From: an uncultured Planctomycetaceae bacterium
GTDB lineage: Bacteria; Planctomycetota; Planctomycetia; Isosphaerales; Isosphaeraceae
Length of the DNA stretch: 64,000 bases
Reading direction: 5' to 3'
Assembly: GCA_963833985.1 (NCBI GenBank)
Contig: CAWIAD010000002.1
Location: 4,160,001 to 4,224,000 of the forward strand
Shown: in pieces, positions 1-10,600 of the stretch
Layout of the letters: every line of letters begins with the position of its first letter
Position numbering within the stretch: the first letter of the stretch is position 1
The notes under the pieces: generated by a model
What the model saw: only the letters and a program-made list of their open reading frames with translations
What the model was told of the DNA's origin: nothing
Database searches by the model: none
Translations under genes and position numbers: made by a program

Positions 1-192
1 GCGGCACTGCTCATGGTGGCCAGTAGCGCCATGGTCATCGGTAACTCCCTCCGTCTCAGGCAACCCCTGGTCCTGGAACTGCCGCCAGCACCCGCGGCGC
101 CGGCCGTGTCCGACGACCCCGGCAGCTCCGGCTCCCAGGCGAAGCGGCCTGCCGGAGCCCTGGCATTGGAACTGGAGACGACTGTCCCATGA
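1..192 (+). CDS. C-terminal end of heavy-metal P1B-type ATPase (CcoI/CopA-like), partial
   Basis: Frame 1 reads AALLMVASSAMVIGNSLRLR, the typical last TM helix of P1B ATPases (M..SS..V..NSLRL); TGA at 190-192 overlaps the next ATG (ATGA). Confidence 0.8.
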   Translation, partial: AALLMVASSAMVIGNSLRLRQPLVLELPPAPAAPAVSDDPGSSGSQAKRPAGALALELETTVP

Positions 193-897
193 TCGAGTTG
201 CCGCTCATCTTCCTGGGAGGTCTGCTCGGCTCGGCGCACTGCGTGGGGATGTGCGGCGGGTTCGCCCTGAGCATTGGCCTCGGCACCCGAGGCCCGGTGG
301 CAAACCTGCGGCGTCAGCTCGTCTACACCCTGGGCCGAATGCTCACCTACGCCTTTTTTGGAGTCATTGCCGGCTACGGCGGTTTCTGGCTCTCGCGGAG
401 GGCTGGCACGCTCGTCAACGTGCAGGCCGGATTGTCGATCGTGGCGGGGGCGCTGCTGGTGTTCCAGGGGCTGCTGGCGCTGGGTGCCCTGCCCCGCCGA
501 CTCGTCCCAGGCTTCTCTGCCGGCGGCACTCCCTGCCTGGCCGGAACCTTCGTGGGACCGTTCCTCCAGGCCGACGGCTGGTCGAACGTGCTGCTTGCGG
601 GCGTCTTGACGGGCTTCCTCCCCTGCGGCCTGGTATACGGCTTCCTGTCCCTGGCCGGCAGCACGGCCAGCGAGTTTCACGGCCTGCTGACCATGCTCGC
701 CTTTGGCGCCGGCACGGCGCCGCTCATGATCGCGACCGGCGTCGGCGGCTCGCTGCTCTCGCACGCCGCGCCGGCACCTCCTGAAGGTCTCGGCCGTCTG
801 CGTGCTCCTCACCGGCCTGATCTCACTGGGCCGAGGCGTCCTCTTCGTGCAGCTCCCCGGCACCACGGTCCTGACCTCCTGCCCGTTCTGCCGGTAG
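189..897 (+). CDS. DsbD_2 / TauE-SafE-like membrane protein (cbb3 assembly-associated type), frameshift near 770
   Basis: SAHCVGMCGG and GFLPCGLVY motifs; after ~770 another frame gives RHLLKVSAVCVLLTGLISLGRG...CPFCR, TAG 895-897. Confidence 0.85.
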
Positions 898-926
898 GCC
901 CGCCTGCCCTCGAAGGCGCTCCCTGT

Positions 927-1422
927 CCTGCCCGAGGCGCGTGCTCGATTGGCTTCCTTCTGGCCGCCGGTCGCGCACCGCAACGGCTGCATCCTCCTTG
1001 CCACTCTCCACTTGCATCGCCAGATCATTGGCTTCGTTCAAGATACTCTGAGAAACTCGTGAAGAACCACCCGTAGGGTGGGTCAGCGCAGCGCAACCCA
1101 CCGTCTTGCAGACCTTTACGTGCGGGATGCCCCTCTTCATGCTTGTCATCGTCTCCTTACTTCCCATTCCCGCGCGATCTGTAGCCATTCCCGGCTGTTC
1201 CCCCTCCATTCGCCTCCTGCCCGAGGCGCGTGCTCGATTGGCTCCGTTCTGACGTCCCTTTTCGCTCCGAAACGGCTGTATCCTCTTTGCCAATCTCAAC
1301 TTGCGTCTCCACCAGATTGGCTTCGTTCAAGATACTCTCAATAACTCGTGGAGCACCACCCGTAGGGTGGGTCAGCGCAGCGCAACCCACCGTCTTGCAG
1401 ACCTTTACGTGCGGGATGCCCC
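927..1422. repeat. Tandem duplication of ~205 bp (period 289) containing a GTAG-type REP
   Basis: cctgcccgaggcgcgtgctcgattgg...gatgcccc at ~927 and ~1216; each copy holds GTAGGGTGGGTCAGCGCAGCGCAACCCACC (1073, 1362). Confidence 0.9.
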
Positions 1423-2562
1423 CGCTCGACGGCATTCCGGCACCATCCCCGTCGTTCCGGCCGTCGCGCGATTCATCGTGTGGTTGACGTGCGACTGGCT
1501 CGGGCGCGGGGCCGATCTGTGGCTCATGGACAACCGGCATGGGGGGACGGTCGGCCTCGTTGTTGTTGTCGGCGCCGAGCTCGGCTTTTTGCAGGTTCGA
1601 CAGCGTGGTCAGCGTACGCAGCAGCTCGCGGGTCAGCGCACCCTGGTGCCGGCGCAGGACCGCGACGGCCTTGCTGGCGGCGAAGACCGCGCGGTCGGGC
1701 TCGGCGTCGGCTTCGATCTGCTCCAGGTCCTCGTGCTCGCCGAGCCGCGCTTCCAGCCGGTGGATCGCCTCGTCCACGATCGAGCTGAGGACCTCCCAGC
1801 CCTCTTTCGGGCTGGCCGGCGGGCGCGACAGCGCCGCCACGGCATCGCGCCGCTGAAATAGGGGCCGGAACTGGCTTTCATGTTGCGGAACAGCTCCCAG
1901 AGCTCGCGGCCCTGACCCGGCTCGATCGCATCGACGGCCTGAAACACGCGGTTGGCGGCCGGGTCGATCATGCCTTCCAGGAAGCTCTTGCCCATGAGCC
2001 GCAGGAACCGGTAGTGGTCGGTCTCGCACCATGCGGCCCGCACGTCGATGAGGTTGCGGAACTCGGACCACCGCGCCAGCAGCCAGCGGCAGCCCTCGGG
2101 GAGCTGCTCGAGCCGGGCCAGGAACACGGCGGGCATGTCGTCGTAGTACTCGGCCTTGCCAAACCGCTCACGCGGGTCGAGGGTGTCCAGCAGCTTGCGG
2201 CCCAGGATGTGAGCCTGCTTCAGCCGCGTGGCCTCATCGCGGTCGCGCTGGCGGTGGACGCGAGCCGCGAGGTAGGCCGTCTCGGCCCGCTCGGCGCGGT
2301 CGATCTGCCAGTCGATGCGCGCCGCGTGGCCGACGAGAGTGCGTTCGACGTCGTTGCGCGGCACGAGTTCAAATGTCCACTGGAGGATCCGTTCGGCGAG
2401 CTCCCTGGGATCTTCCTGGGGCAGGACGGGGATGGCGATGCGGGCGTTGGCGCCATGCCTCAGCGCGTTGAGCCGGGCGCGGGCCTTGCCTTGATCGCTC
2501 TTCGGCCCCGTGCTTTTTGCGGCGTTGCGGCGATTGGCCGCGATCTGGGCTGTGGTGGCCAC
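1157..2562 (-). CDS. Planctomycete-type hypothetical protein (AQIAANRRNAxxSTGP family), frameshift near 1840
   Basis: ORF 1633..2562 starts ATTAQIAANRRNAAKSTGPKS...NALRHG; continuation RPASPKEGWEVL... lies in ORF 1157..2071; NEAN-type tail. Confidence 0.7.
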
Positions 2563-2910
2563 GGAGTTGCTCTCTTTGCTTGTAGTGCAGGTCGTGTATG
2601 CGGTGCGCAGAGCGGCCCTGGCTGCTGGTTCACCGAGGAGCGGCGCGGGGAGCGGCCCTCTCGGCGAGCCGCGGCCGATGCGCCGGGATCTGCCGTCTAT
2701 CTATGAGGATCCGTCCAAAACTGCCCCAGAATCGCAGAAATTCGGATTTTTGTTTTTTTCCCCGGCCGTCGGGCAGGTGTGCCCTTTCGGCAGGCGATAT
2801 TTGCGTGCCGGTGCTTGCACCTGGCCTGCAATCGCACGTCCTGGAGTCGCTCCGTCCGGGGCGTTGCGGACATCGTCGCGTCCGTATCCGCCGGAGCCCA
2901 GGCCGGGAAT

Positions 2911-3209
2911 CGGTGCATCGTCGCTGCGTTTGACGCACCCTAGATAACCAGACATCTTAAGCGTGAGCATTCGTATGGTGCGTCAAGCGCAGCGACGACG
3001 CACCAGTGGACAATCGCGGCGTCCGCGTCCACGTGAAGCCCGCGGCGTATGGCCACGTGCACCAGCCCCATGGAGTCCGCGGCGCATGGCCACGTGCGTG
3101 AGCACGTGGTTTTCACGGGCGCAGCCTCCAACCTCGGGCGTGAGCCCGACCAGTGGGGAAGCCCGGTCCGCAGATTGGTGCGTCGTCGCAGCGCTTGACG
3201 CACCGTACG
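2911..3209. repeat. Three REP palindromes, GTAxGGTGCGTC-n-GCGCAGCG-n-GACGCACC family, alternating orientation
   Basis: 2911-2943 (-), 2972-3005 (+), 3177-3209 (-); same family again at 39588, 39777, 39840. Confidence 0.85.
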
Positions 3210-3332
3210 CACCTGGAGCCCGGGCGCATGGCCACGTGCGCCAGCGCCATGGACTCTGCGGCGTATGGCCACGTGCGTGAGCACGTGGTTTACACGGGCG
3301 CAGCCTCCAACCTCGGCCGTGAGGCCGACCAG
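3086..3332 (+). repeat. Two copies of a 68-bp double-hairpin repeat
   Basis: ATGGCCACGTGC-GTGA-GCACGTGG...TCGGGC-GTGA-GCCCGACCAG at 3086-3153 and a variant at 3265-3332. Confidence 0.9.
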
Positions 3333-3369
3333 CACCTGAGACCGACACGCCGCGCATCTTGCCGCGGAT

Positions 3370-4368
3370 TCACCGTGCCGCGCACCCGCCCAGGTTCGCC
3401 AGGTGATGCCGGCCCAGCCGACCGGCCACATCCCGCAGCCGTTCCCGGCTCGCCGCAAAGAATCGGCCCAGCAGCCGGCCGCCGGCGAGCTTCAGCAGCC
3501 GTGCCTGCCAGTTCTCGGCATTGCTCCCCAGCCGCTCCAGTATCCCCGCCAGCTCAGCCGAGACCGCCGTTTTCCCTTCGCGAAACAGCCGCCCGGTGTA
3601 GTCCACCAGCAACAAATAGCTTCCCAGCGAGAACCCCTCGACCATCCCTTCGCGACTCGAGTCGAGCCCCCGGCGATCCTCGATCGGGCAGAGCCAGAGC
3701 TGCTCTTCCAGCCCGCTCGCCGCCTGCGACCCCGCCACGCTGCCTGCCTCGGCGGCCTTCAGGTCGTCCGCTCGCCCCTGCTCCCGCACGTGATCGACCC
3801 GTTCCTTGATCGACGTGTGCGGGTTGGCCTCGGGCACCTCAGCGATCCCTGCCGCCACCGGGTTCAGATCGATGTAAGCACACGTTGCCAGCAGCGATTC
3901 CTCATCGAGGATCGCCACGCTCTGGAACCGCCCCTCGAAGAACGCCCCGCGCGTGTTCTCCTCGCGGTTGGCCAGTCGCGAGAGTGGCTCCTTCAGGCAC
4001 TTCATGAACCAGCTCAGGCTTTGCAGCCGCTGGCGTGCCATCACCACCCAACTGGCGTCTTTCAGCTGTTCCTTGACCCACGCATCCGAGACCGGCAATG
4101 ACCGCCGCGTCTTGTCGCGCGGTGGAAAGAGCCTCCCCCAGCGCCGCACGACCTCTTCATCCGCCCACCCCGCCGCGACATCCGGGTCGAGCCGCACCAG
4201 CAGATGCAGATGGTTGTCGAGGATGGCGAACCCGCCCACCGCCACGGAGAAGATCTCCGCAAGTTCCCGCAACCGCCGTTCGATCCATTCCTTGCGGTCG
4301 AGCTGCCCCTCGCCGAGCAGAAACGCCCGCCGCACGCATCGGCTGATGCAGTGATACCAGCGGGTCAC
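3370..4368 (-). CDS. HUH Y1 transposase / REP-associated tyrosine transposase-like protein
   Basis: YHCISRCVRRAFL N-terminus, HUH motif NHLH, FFEGRFQS, catalytic Tyr in YIDLNPVAAG. Confidence 0.9.
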   Translation of the reverse strand: MTRWYHCISRCVRRAFLLGEGQLDRKEWIERRLRELAEIFSVAVGGFAILDNHLHLLVRLDPDVAAGWADEEVVRRWGRLFPPRDKTRRSLPVSDAWVKEQLKDASWVVMARQRLQSLSWFMKCLKEPLSRLANREENTRGAFFEGRFQSVAILDEESLLATCAYIDLNPVAAGIAEVPEANPHTSIKERVDHVREQGRADDLKAAEAGSVAGSQAASGLEEQLWLCPIEDRRGLDSSREGMVEGFSLGSYLLLVDYTGRLFREGKTAVSAELAGILERLGSNAENWQARLLKLAGGRLLGRFFAASRERLRDVAGRLGRHHLANLGGCAAR

Positions 4369-4397
4369 AGTCGGATCGTAGGCCTGACAGCCGGGTT

Positions 4398-4606
4398 CTG
4401 GTCGGGCTCACGCCCGAGGTTGGAGGCTGCGCCCGTGAAAACCACGTGCTCACGCACGTGGCCATGTGCTATGCGCCACGGACGCCGGGTCGGGCGGAGC
4501 AGCGCCGTGGGGACGAGCGTGGTTCGCCGATGTGCAGGTCGGGCTCACGCCCGAGGTGGGGGGCTGCGCCCGTGAAAAGCACGCGCTGACGCACGTGGCC
4601 ATGCGC
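4398..4606 (-). repeat. Two inverted copies of the 68-bp double-hairpin repeat
   Basis: 4398-4465 is the exact reverse complement of 3086-3153; a diverged copy lies at 4537-4606. Confidence 0.9.
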
Positions 4607-4816
4607 TCCGAGCTGTCCTTCAACCTGGCCGACGGCCCCGAAGCGGCACCACTTGACACGCACTTGAATGACGCGTAAACTAATGACGTGAAAATTAACT
4701 GGACATCAGCGAAGAGTCGTCGCGGGCTGTCGGCTGTGGCGGTTACTGAAGGAAAAGCGGACTGTCCATTGGTGGAAGGGCCAGTAACTGGAATCTAATG
4801 GGAAAGGAAGGATGCA

Positions 4817-5515
4817 ATGATCCGGGTTCGCAGGGCGTCCGGGCGCGGGCATTTCGACCACGGCTGGCTGGACACGTACCACACGTTCTCGTTCTCCAGG
4901 TACTACGACCCCGCGCACATGGGGTTCCGGGCACTGCGGGTCATCAACGAGGACCGGGTGGCGCCCGGGCGCGGGTTCGGCAACCATCCGCACCAGGACA
5001 TGGAGATCGTCACGTACGTGCTCTCCGGGTCGCTGGCGCACCGGGACAGCCTGGGAACCGGCAGCACGATCCGGCCCGGCGAGCTGCAACGGATGACCGC
5101 CGGCACGGGGATCAGCCATAGCGAGTTCAACCCGTCTCAGTCCGAGCCGGTGCACCTCTACCAGATCTGGCTGCTGCCGGAACGCGAAGGGCTGGAACCG
5201 TCCTACGAGCAGCGCGAGTTCCCCGAGGAAGAGAGGCACAACCGGCTGCGGCTGGTTGCCTCCCCGGATGGGGCAGACGGGTCTCTGACGATCCGCCAGG
5301 ACGCGGAGCTCTATCTCGCCTCGCTCGACGGCGGCAGCGAGCTGCACCATGAGCTTGCGCCTGGACGGCACGCCTGGCTGCAACTGCTGCGGGGCAGCGC
5401 CCATCTGAACGGCCATTCGCTGGAAGCGGGTGACGGTGCCGCAGTCGGCGCGGAACCCGATCTGACCATCCGTGCGGACGGTCCGTCCGAAGTCTTGCTC
5501 TTCGATCTTGCCTGA
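4817..5515 (+). CDS. yhhW: Pirin family protein
   Basis: HGWLDTYHTFSF..YYDP.HMGF..LRVINED, HPHQDMEI, HSEFN; purine-rich RBS. Confidence 0.93.
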   Translation: MIRVRRASGRGHFDHGWLDTYHTFSFSRYYDPAHMGFRALRVINEDRVAPGRGFGNHPHQDMEIVTYVLSGSLAHRDSLGTGSTIRPGELQRMTAGTGISHSEFNPSQSEPVHLYQIWLLPEREGLEPSYEQREFPEEERHNRLRLVASPDGADGSLTIRQDAELYLASLDGGSELHHELAPGRHAWLQLLRGSAHLNGHSLEAGDGAAVGAEPDLTIRADGPSEVLLFDLA

Positions 5516-5605
5516 GGGCAACGGTCCCGACTTGCAACCGGCACGCCCACGCCGTGTAATGGTCCCCGTGCGACAAATGTCGTAGATGGCTCCGGGGCTC
5601 GTTCC

Positions 5606-7444
5606 ATGACAGTCGGACCGCTCCTGAGGCGGGAATTCGTCGTTGCGATCGGGCGCGGGGACCTGTTCCGGGACCGCTTGCGGGCGGCAGCCGTGACAGG
5701 AGCCGTGGCGGTTTCGTGCTTTGCGTTCTGGGACTGGAAGGGGTGGGATCGTGTATCGGTCGCCGGAGCGGCGTTCTTCGCTTACGTCGCCCTGTGGCCG
5801 GTGCTGGCCGCCCAGGCATGCATCGCGGTCGCGTCGGTCCTTCCCGTGGCCCGTGCCATCGCTTCGGAACGGGACAGGAAGACTCTGGACGCGCTGCTCG
5901 CAACGCGGCTTTCCGGTTTCGAGATCGTCCTTGGAGTGGTGGCCGCGGGCCTTTTCCGGTTCGCGAACGCGCTGGCCGCAACGCTGCCCGTGTTCGTTCT
6001 CATCGTTTACCTGGGCGGGGTGGATTCGTTCTTCGTGCTGCTCGTCTGCGTGTGTTTGACGTCCACGGCGCTGGGCGTCGTGGCGCTGGCCGTGGCGGTT
6101 TCGGTGGAGGCACGCACCGCCAGCCGCGCTTCCCGGGCAGCGGTGGGACTTCTGTATGCGTGGTTCGCCCTCCCGCTCATGCTCTTTTTGCTGCGTATGA
6201 GCCTCCTGCCGGCCGTGCCCGCCTGGCTGGTATCGCCAGTATTGTGGGCCCTTGACAGCAGCCCGCTCGGGCTCGCAGCGAACCTGCTGGGCGTCTTGCC
6301 CAGGCCGTGGAAACCGATGGAGGCGGTCCTGAGGATGGCCCTGCTTCAGGTTGCGGTCGCTGCACTCCTGTCGGCCTGGGCGGTCTGGCGGCTCCGGCCC
6401 GCGTCGCGCGCATTGTACGATCTCGAGGGCCGCTCCGCAGTGCTCCAGGCGCTCCGCGCCGCGAACCGCTCGCTGCCGGCCCGACGCCCTTGCGGTGCGA
6501 ACCCCGTGCTCTGGAATGAGGTCTACGGCCAACGGCCAACGCACCGAGCGGTGCGCGTTGCGGAAAGGCTGGTTCGCCTGGTCGGGATGGCCTTGCTCTT
6601 GCTCTGCACCTGGTGGTTCGCAGCGCCGGCGTTCGTCGAGCTGAGCGAACAGGGTTACGGGCCGTCGCCCAGGGCGTACACCATGCCCGATGCGAATCCG
6701 CTGCCGCGGGTGATCGCCGAGCGGTTGATCGCAGGGGCGGGTTCGGCCGCGGCGCCGGGGCAGGCCCGGCTGGAGTTCAATCTCGCACTGCGGCAAATTT
6801 CGGCCATGTTCTTCCTGGGCGTTGCGATGAGTTGCTTCTCGTCCGGGGTACAGAGCGTGGCGCAGGAGCGCCGGCGCGACACCTGGCTTGGCTTGCTTGC
6901 GACACCGATGTCGGGTGGCGAGATCATCCGCGGCAAGGTCCTCGGGGCCTTCTGGAGGAGCCGGGACGGCGTGGCATCGCTGCTTTTGCTCTGGACGATT
7001 GGACTCGCCTCCGGTGCGATCCATCCGCTGGGTTTCCTGGCCGCGGTCATCTTGCTCGGCGCGTCCGGTCTTCTTTACGGTGCGATTGGAGTTGCCTCGG
7101 CTCTCCAGGCGGACCGCTGGACGTTATCCCTGGCGCCGGCAGACTGGCCTGAAAGACTCGCGGTCTGGGGAGGCCGCACGCTCCTGATGACCGTCGTGCC
7201 GATGGCCCTGGGCGCAACGGCGCTTTGCAGCTACGAAGACGTCCGGTCCGCGGTCCGTGCGGGAGCTTATCCGCTGTTCGACGGAACGTTCTTGCGGCCA
7301 TGGATCGGCGCACGCGCCATCACCCTCTCTTGCCTTGGCGGAATTGCCGCGCTGGCGGTGTGGGCCGCGTTCTTCACACTTTCCCTGACGCGCTCGTTCG
7401 ACGCCCTCGTCGGCCGGCCCTGGCGACCCTCCGGGATCCATTGA
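5606..7444 (+). CDS. ABC-2-type transporter permease-like protein with duplicated permease domain
   Basis: Two repeats of the motif: IASERDRKTLDALLATRLSGFEIVLG and VAQERRRDTWLGLLATPMSGGEIIRGK; many TM segments. Confidence 0.75.
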   Translation: MTVGPLLRREFVVAIGRGDLFRDRLRAAAVTGAVAVSCFAFWDWKGWDRVSVAGAAFFAYVALWPVLAAQACIAVASVLPVARAIASERDRKTLDALLATRLSGFEIVLGVVAAGLFRFANALAATLPVFVLIVYLGGVDSFFVLLVCVCLTSTALGVVALAVAVSVEARTASRASRAAVGLLYAWFALPLMLFLLRMSLLPAVPAWLVSPVLWALDSSPLGLAANLLGVLPRPWKPMEAVLRMALLQVAVAALLSAWAVWRLRPASRALYDLEGRSAVLQALRAANRSLPARRPCGANPVLWNEVYGQRPTHRAVRVAERLVRLVGMALLLLCTWWFAAPAFVELSEQGYGPSPRAYTMPDANPLPRVIAERLIAGAGSAAAPGQARLEFNLALRQISAMFFLGVAMSCFSSGVQSVAQERRRDTWLGLLATPMSGGEIIRGKVLGAFWRSRDGVASLLLLWTIGLASGAIHPLGFLAAVILLGASGLLYGAIGVASALQADRWTLSLAPADWPERLAVWGGRTLLMTVVPMALGATALCSYEDVRSAVRAGAYPLFDGTFLRPWIGARAITLSCLGGIAALAVWAAFFTLSLTRSFDALVGRPWRPSGIH

Positions 7445-7640
7445 GCCAGAGCGGGGTTCCGCAGTCTCCCTCCCTTCCGCTGAACCGGCAGATGAAAGAT
7501 TCCGGTGGATCACGGTAGGCTCTGCCCAGGACCACCCGTGGCCTCTGGGCTTCGGCTGAGCGCCGAGGTATCACCAACGCACACATTTGTGCGATGATAC
7601 GCGTGCTGTCAGCTCCGCCCGCAAGCCGACGGAAACCAAC

Positions 7641-10600
7641 ATGAGCACCGACGCTTCACACGATCTGCTGTTCGGACTGCTCGCGCTCCAGAATGGCCTG
7701 ATCGACCAGGGGCAGCTCGTTGCGGCATTCCAGGCCTGGACCTGTGAGAAGGGACGGCCGCTGGCCGCGCATCTGGCCGCGCGCGGCGATCTTGACGACG
7801 ATGACCGGGCCGCCGTCGAGGCCCTGGTCACGCGGCACCTGAAGAAGCACGCCGGCAGCGCCGTGAAGAGCCTGGCCGCCATCCCTGCCGCCCGCATGAT
7901 GCAGCAGAGCCTGGCCGGAGTTACGGACCGCGACCTGGCCGCAAGCCTCGCTGTCCTTGCGAGCGGCGACGAGCCGGCGCTCACGCTCGACGTGGGGCCG
8001 GTCGCCACCGACGCCGGCAGCGTCCTCGATCGGCTTGCCACCGAGCTGGGAACCGCTGCCCTCGACGGCGCGCACGTTACGGAGCACACGGGCCGCCATC
8101 AAGTCGCCGCCGGCGGCAACGGCGGAGCCGGCGCCGACAGATCGTCGGCCGGCCGCTACCGCCTGCTCGGTGAAATCGCGCGGGGTGGCATGGGCGCTGT
8201 GCACCGCGGGCGCGACATGGATCTGGGCAGAGAATTGGCCCTCAAGGTCTTGCTCGAGAAGCACCGAGATCGGCTCGACCTGATTGAACGATTCATCGAA
8301 GAGGCGCAGATCTGCGGCCAGCTCCAGCACCCCGGCGTCGTGCCGGTTTATGAGCTTGGCACACTGGCGGACAAACGGCCGTTCTTCGCCATGAAGCTGG
8401 TCAAGGGGCGGACGCTCGCCGACCTGATGTCCGAGTCCGGCGCGCGTGCCGGCAGCGCCGAGGGCCGGCCGCGGTTGCTCTCCATCTTCGAGGCCATCTG
8501 TCAGACCGTGGGCTATGCCCACTCCCGGGGGGTGATCCACCGCGACCTCAAGCCCGCCAATGTGATGATGGGATCGTTCGGCGAGGTGCAGGTGATGGAC
8601 TGGGGCCTGGCCAAGGTGCTGGGCAAGCCCGGTGAGACGCCGGTGCCGGAGCGACCGCCCACCGAGACGGTGGTGGCCACGGCGCGCAGCACAGGCGATA
8701 GCGACCTGTCGCAGGCCGGCTCGGTGCTGGGCACGCCGGCCTACATGTCCCCCGAACAAGCCCGCGGCGAGCTGGAGCGGGTCGATCGGCGGTCTGATGT
8801 CTTCGCGCTGGGCTCGATCCTCTGCGAGATCCTCACGGGCGAGCCGGCGTTCGTCGGCGATTCGATGCGCGAGGTCCTGGACCTGGCGAGCCGGGCCGAC
8901 ACGGCGGGCGTGGTGACGAGGCTGGAAGCCTGTGGGGCGGACGACGAGATCGTTGCCCTGGCCCGCGCCTGCCTGGCCGCGCGACCGAAAGACCGGCCGG
9001 AAGACGCAGGCGTCGTCGCCGGACGCCTCACCGCGTACCTGGCGGGCGTGCAGACGCGGCTGCGCGCGGCGGAGCTTGCCCGCGAGGCCGAGCGTGCCCG
9101 CGCCCTCGAGGCCGAGGCCAAAGCCGCGGTCGAACGGCGCTCAAGGAGGCTGGTCGCCGCGCTGGCCGCGACGATCGTGCTGGCCGGCGGCCTGGGAGCG
9201 GCCGGCTGGCGCTGGGTCGAGCTCCAGCGGCTGGAACGGGTGCGGACGGCCGGCGAGCGGGTGAACCTGGCCCTCCGCGAGGTGACCCGGCTGCGTGCCC
9301 TGGCGCAAGGCGCCCCGGTCGGCGAGCTTGGTGCCTGGGAACTGGCTGCCGTCGCCGCCGAGAACGCGCGCGACCTGTTCGAACCGGGTATCGACCCGTC
9401 GCTCCGCAAGCAAGTCGAGGACCTGGCGGTCGAGACCGCGGCCGACCGTAACCGGGCCGAGATCGCAGCGCTGGCGGCCCGGCGCGATCGGACCCTGCTC
9501 GAAACCCTGGTCGACATCCGCAGCGCCGAGGCCGATGACCGGGGCGGCTGGAGCACCGACGAGGCGTACGCAGAAGCCTTCCGCCAGGCAGGACTGGATG
9601 TGGCCGTGCTGCCCGAGGAAGAGCTGACCAGCAGCATCCGCTCACGGCCGCTCGACGTGGCAACGGCCCTGGCGGCCGCGCTCGACGACTGGGCGGCTAT
9701 CCGGCGCGACCGGAAGAAGGACCGGGCCGGAGCGCGCGCCCTCTCCGCACTGGCCACGGCTGTTGACCCCGATGCCTGGCGGGTGGGCCTGCGCCAGGCC
9801 ATGGAGCTGCCCGAGAGGAAAGCCCGCCTGGAGGCGCTCCGGACCCTGGCCGGGGACGCGTCCTTCGAGACTCTCGGGCCTGTCAGTCTGGACCTGCTGG
9901 GGCGGGCGCTCGTTCACGCGGGCGACCCGGCGGGTGCCGAAGGGGTACTACGGCAAGCCCAGCAGCACCACCCCGCCGACGTCTGGATCAATTACGACCT
10001 GGCGCTGGCACTCAAGAAGCTGGCCAGGCGCGACGAGGCCATTCGTTTCGCCACGGCGGCGCGGGCGCTCCGTTCCGAGACGGCCCACGAGCTCGCCCAC
10101 ATGCTCGGGGCCCGGGGCGAGCTGAATCAAGAAATCGCCGTTTTCGAGGACCTGAGGCGGCTGCGGCCATGCGACGGCCGCCATCTCGGCTGCCTGGGCC
10201 GGGCATTGAACAACAAGGGACGAACCGAGGAAGCCAGGGCAATCCTCAAGGCGGCCGAGGCCGCCTATCGCGAGGCCGTTCGGCTCAGGCCCAACGACGC
10301 GATGGCACATCGGGGCCTCGGATTTGTCTTTTCCCTGGAGAGGAGATGGGAAGAGTCGCTCGAAGAAGATCGCGCCGTCCTTCGCCTCCAGCCAGACGAC
10401 GCGACTGCACACCTCAGCCTGGGTGTGTCGCTGCAGAACCTGGGCCATGTGGAGGAGGCGATCGCCGAGTATCGCACAGCCATTCGCCTGGACCCGGACG
10501 ACGCCTCGGCGCATCTCGTCCTCGGCACAGCCCTGAGCGGACTGAAGGCGAAAGATCGGCTTGCCGCGGCCGCCGAACTTCGCGAGGCTATTCGATTGCA

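Larger units (their letters stand above)
2911..4606. mobile_element. RAYT-like locus: HUH Y1 nuclease gene with flanking REP and double-hairpin repeat clusters
   Basis: Gene 3370..4368 flanked by inverted 68-bp repeats (3086, 3265 on +; 4398, 4537 on -) and GGTGCGTC..GACGCACC REPs (2911, 2972, 3177). Confidence 0.7.

Noticed and set aside
3038..3332. CRISPR or guide-RNA array next to the transposase
   Set aside because: Inter-unit DNA is itself repetitive, the copies across the gene are inverted, and no TnpB, IscB or RT gene is present.
3370..4368. Classical IS with terminal inverted repeats and target duplication
   Set aside because: The enzyme is HUH/Y1, not DDE; repeats are multiple per side and also dispersed; no target duplication was identified.
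4706..7024. 772-aa minus-strand ORF
   Set aside because: Antisense shadow of the pirin and permease genes; Arg/Gly-rich with no motifs.
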